IMG/VR virus record: IMGVR_UViG_2654587792_000032
Coordinates: 1 to 8,338 of that record
Strand: one strand, 5' to 3'
DNA length: 8,338 bases
Source: a virus
Lineage: Duplodnaviria > Heunggongvirae > Uroviricota > Caudoviricetes
The position numbers and the translations under genes were made by a program. Below, piece by piece: positions 6,187 through 8,338 of the stretch. Within the stretch, counting starts at the first letter, position 1. Every line of letters starts with the position of its first letter. Under the pieces are notes generated by a model, which saw only the letters and a list, made by a program, of their open reading frames with translations, ran no database searches and had not been told where the DNA came from.

Positions 6187-6840
6187 TTGAATTACAAAAT
6201 AAATGGAATAAACATACGTTCAGAAAATGCAGCGAAACCGCACACTATGCCATCTAACTATCTCTGTAAACAGATTGAAAGCACTAATAAAAATGGCAAT
6301 GCCCTTGATTTTGGATGTGGAAAACTTAGATATTCAGAACAATTAGCAAATAAATTTGAAACTGTGACATTTTTAGATTCCAGAAGACAACTAGAAAGAG
6401 TGCAAATTATCAGAGGTGTACAAACTACGATTCCAGATTACGTGATAAATAACTATAAGAATGCTAATATTGTTTCTTATGAAAATATAGATAAAATAAC
6501 AAATCATTATGATTTCATACTTTGCGCAAACGTGCTTTCCGCAATTCCATGTGAATCCACAATTCACAAAGTCCTCAGTGCGATTAGAGAATTATTAAAG
6601 AGTGATGGTGAAGCACTGATTGTCAATCAATACAAAAGTTCTTATTTCAAGAGGTACGAGAGCGGTATTAAACATTTGCATGGGTATATATACCAAAACT
6701 CTCGCAATGCTTTCTACTATGGTTTATTAGATGTGGATACTGTAAGTAAAATATGCTCAGATAATAATTTAGAAATAATAAAATCATGGAGCAAAGCAGG
6801 TAGTTCATATGTGGTTGTTGGTAAACATATACATATTTAG
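6187..6840 (+). CDS. Small class-I SAM-dependent methyltransferase-like protein (about 217 aa)
   Basis: Rossmann-fold methyltransferase motifs are present: LDFGCGK (motif I, glycine-rich SAM loop), TFLDS (acidic residue at the end of beta-2), YDFILCANVLSAIP (motif II) and LLKSDGEALIV (motif III). The start is probably TTG 6187 (GAGG at 6177-6180, 6-nt spacing) or TTG 6181. It begins 7-13 nt after the stop of the membrane-protein gene. Confidence 0.6.
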   Translation: MNYKINGINIRSENAAKPHTMPSNYLCKQIESTNKNGNALDFGCGKLRYSEQLANKFETVTFLDSRRQLERVQIIRGVQTTIPDYVINNYKNANIVSYENIDKITNHYDFILCANVLSAIPCESTIHKVLSAIRELLKSDGEALIVNQYKSSYFKRYESGIKHLHGYIYQNSRNAFYYGLLDVDTVSKICSDNNLEIIKSWSKAGSSYVVVGKHIHI

Positions 6841-7154
6841 TTTATTTCAACAAATTATTAGAAAGAGTGATTTGCTTGTTAATTATTAGCTCGGCAGTGC
6901 CGGATCAACATGACCCTGCCACTTAGGCCATTGCCGGTTTACCTACTTTTGTAAGGTTCAGCATGAAGTTTTTATATACTCTTCCTAATATCAATAGTGA
7001 TGCTCGCTTATGTTAGCTGCTTCTTGTACATAGTAGCCTTCTCCGACAGTACTGCAATGAGCGGAGAGTAAAAGTCGATAAACAATAAGGAGGTTCACAA
7101 TAAATATTTCTCGGTGAAACTTTCAAAGCATTCTCTGTTTTGCTAAATCGACAA

Positions 7155-8054
7155 TTATAAATCAACAACATTTAGTGTTATATCAATATTATTTAGCCTT
7201 GCAATCTCTGATGAATCACTTGCTATTTTAGCTTTTAATTTATCAATATTAATCATATCTTCATGGCTTATATAAACCATATCACCTTGGTTAACTTTAG
7301 ATTTGTTCACTATGGCTTGAATAACAGACAAATCATCCATTACACCTCTCATAAATTTCACCATGCTTTGATCTTTGAAGTCAGATATCGATTTTGAACG
7401 TTGCTTACGTTGAATTGTTCCTTTTGTAATTACTTCATTAATTTCTTTTAAACCAGTGAGCATATCAGACAGACTGCCTTCGCAACTCATCCGATGTTTT
7501 ATTGCATTGCGATTAATAATATTGAGTATAATTTCGAGTGAATCTTTATCACTCCATGGATGTAATGATGTATAATCATGATGGCGTCGAATGGCGTCAA
7601 TCATATCCTGGACCATATCTTCATCTGCTTTATCGCAAAGTTCATTCACGAAATAGCTGGGGTCGATTATTTTACAATAACTTGGAGTTAGGTATCTTGA
7701 GGCTTTACAAAAAACAAAAATATATAAAGTAGAGTATTTATCTTTCAGACTCTCTCCTATTTCATTTATTTTCTCAAAAGATTCGATAGTTTTTTTAATT
7801 TTTGCTGGACTTGCATTCGTAGTAACTTGAACTGCTATCATGTTTTTATTATCAGCTAAATCAATGGCGGGAAAATTAACTTTAATCTGATTCATGTTTA
7901 CCAGTTCACCCATTTTCAGCGCGCGAAACATAAAGATGGTCAATGACTCAATTATTCTTTCCATGTCATGAAAGCCTGCCTGTTTGCGTTGCGCGATATA
8001 AAGCTGGAGTAGTGCAATATCACTCTGTAAGTTTCTAATAAGTGGATCAATCAT
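7155..8054 (-). CDS. Hypothetical protein (299 aa), AT-rich orphan, convergent to the methyltransferase operon
   Basis: ATG 8054 is preceded by AAGGA with 9-nt spacing. A continuous 900-nt open frame in AT-rich DNA, with a Lys/Asp/Ile/Asn-rich composition. No family confidently recognised. Confidence 0.6.
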   Translation of the reverse strand: MIDPLIRNLQSDIALLQLYIAQRKQAGFHDMERIIESLTIFMFRALKMGELVNMNQIKVNFPAIDLADNKNMIAVQVTTNASPAKIKKTIESFEKINEIGESLKDKYSTLYIFVFCKASRYLTPSYCKIIDPSYFVNELCDKADEDMVQDMIDAIRRHHDYTSLHPWSDKDSLEIILNIINRNAIKHRMSCEGSLSDMLTGLKEINEVITKGTIQRKQRSKSISDFKDQSMVKFMRGVMDDLSVIQAIVNKSKVNQGDMVYISHEDMINIDKLKAKIASDSSEIARLNNIDITLNVVDL

Positions 8055-8338
8055 AGCTAATAATCCTTTTCAATGAAGCTGGAGGTGTGTTTAACTATTA
8101 GTTAAATTTCTATTTTTATAGAAACAAGCTTTACAACTTCATCAAAGTTTCTCAAATCCTAATCCACTTTGCAAATCCACTAACCATGCTGAATGCTTTC
8201 TGTTGTTAAACATATCCGCTGCTGGCACCAAGCAGACAAACACACTAAGGAAGGTGCGAATAAGCGGGGAAATACTTCTCGGCTGACTCAGTCATTTCAT
8301 TTCTTCATGTTTGAGCCGATTTTTTCTCCCGTAAATGC

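Noticed and set aside
7538-7732. 64-aa + strand ORF
   Set aside because: Antisense shadow inside the 299-aa gene.
8221-8338. Possible 3' end of a minus-strand gene entering from beyond the window
   Set aside because: All three minus-strand frames entering from the right edge hit stop codons within about 45 nt, so at most a dozen codons are in the window; too little to call.
1-8338. CRISPR array, tRNA/rRNA, integrase or IS element
   Set aside because: No spaced direct-repeat array, no cloverleaf-capable tRNA-like segment, and no transposase or integrase-like ORF or terminal inverted repeats were seen on either strand.

Overview
This window reads as a segment of a lambdoid (Qin/DLP12-like) prophage from an Enterobacteriaceae host, with minus-strand genes transcribed right to left. 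The conserved backbone is a Q-family late antiterminator (1-486, 3' end off-window), RusA resolvase (495-860), a DUF968/YdfU-family protein (861-1916) and two small ORFs (1918-2196, 2263-2571). Upstream of it sits a complete hok/mok/sok-type type I toxin-antitoxin locus (about 4488-4940). Two accessory blocks are not explained by the backbone. (1) A two-gene cassette at 2681-4415, bracketed by its own promoter-like site and an intrinsic terminator, encodes an unrecognised 216-aa protein overlapping an XRE-HTH/M78 (ImmA/IrrE-type HEXXH) metallopeptidase fusion. (2) A sharply AT-rich islet (about 5250-8150) carries a tightly coupled operon for a 4-TM membrane protein plus a small class-I SAM-methyltransferase-like protein (5479-6840) and a convergent 299-aa orphan ORF (7155-8054). 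These two blocks are the best candidates for an undescribed accessory or defence system. All homology calls are from reading the translations and from memory of the families; no database search was run. No tRNA, rRNA, CRISPR array or IS element was seen.
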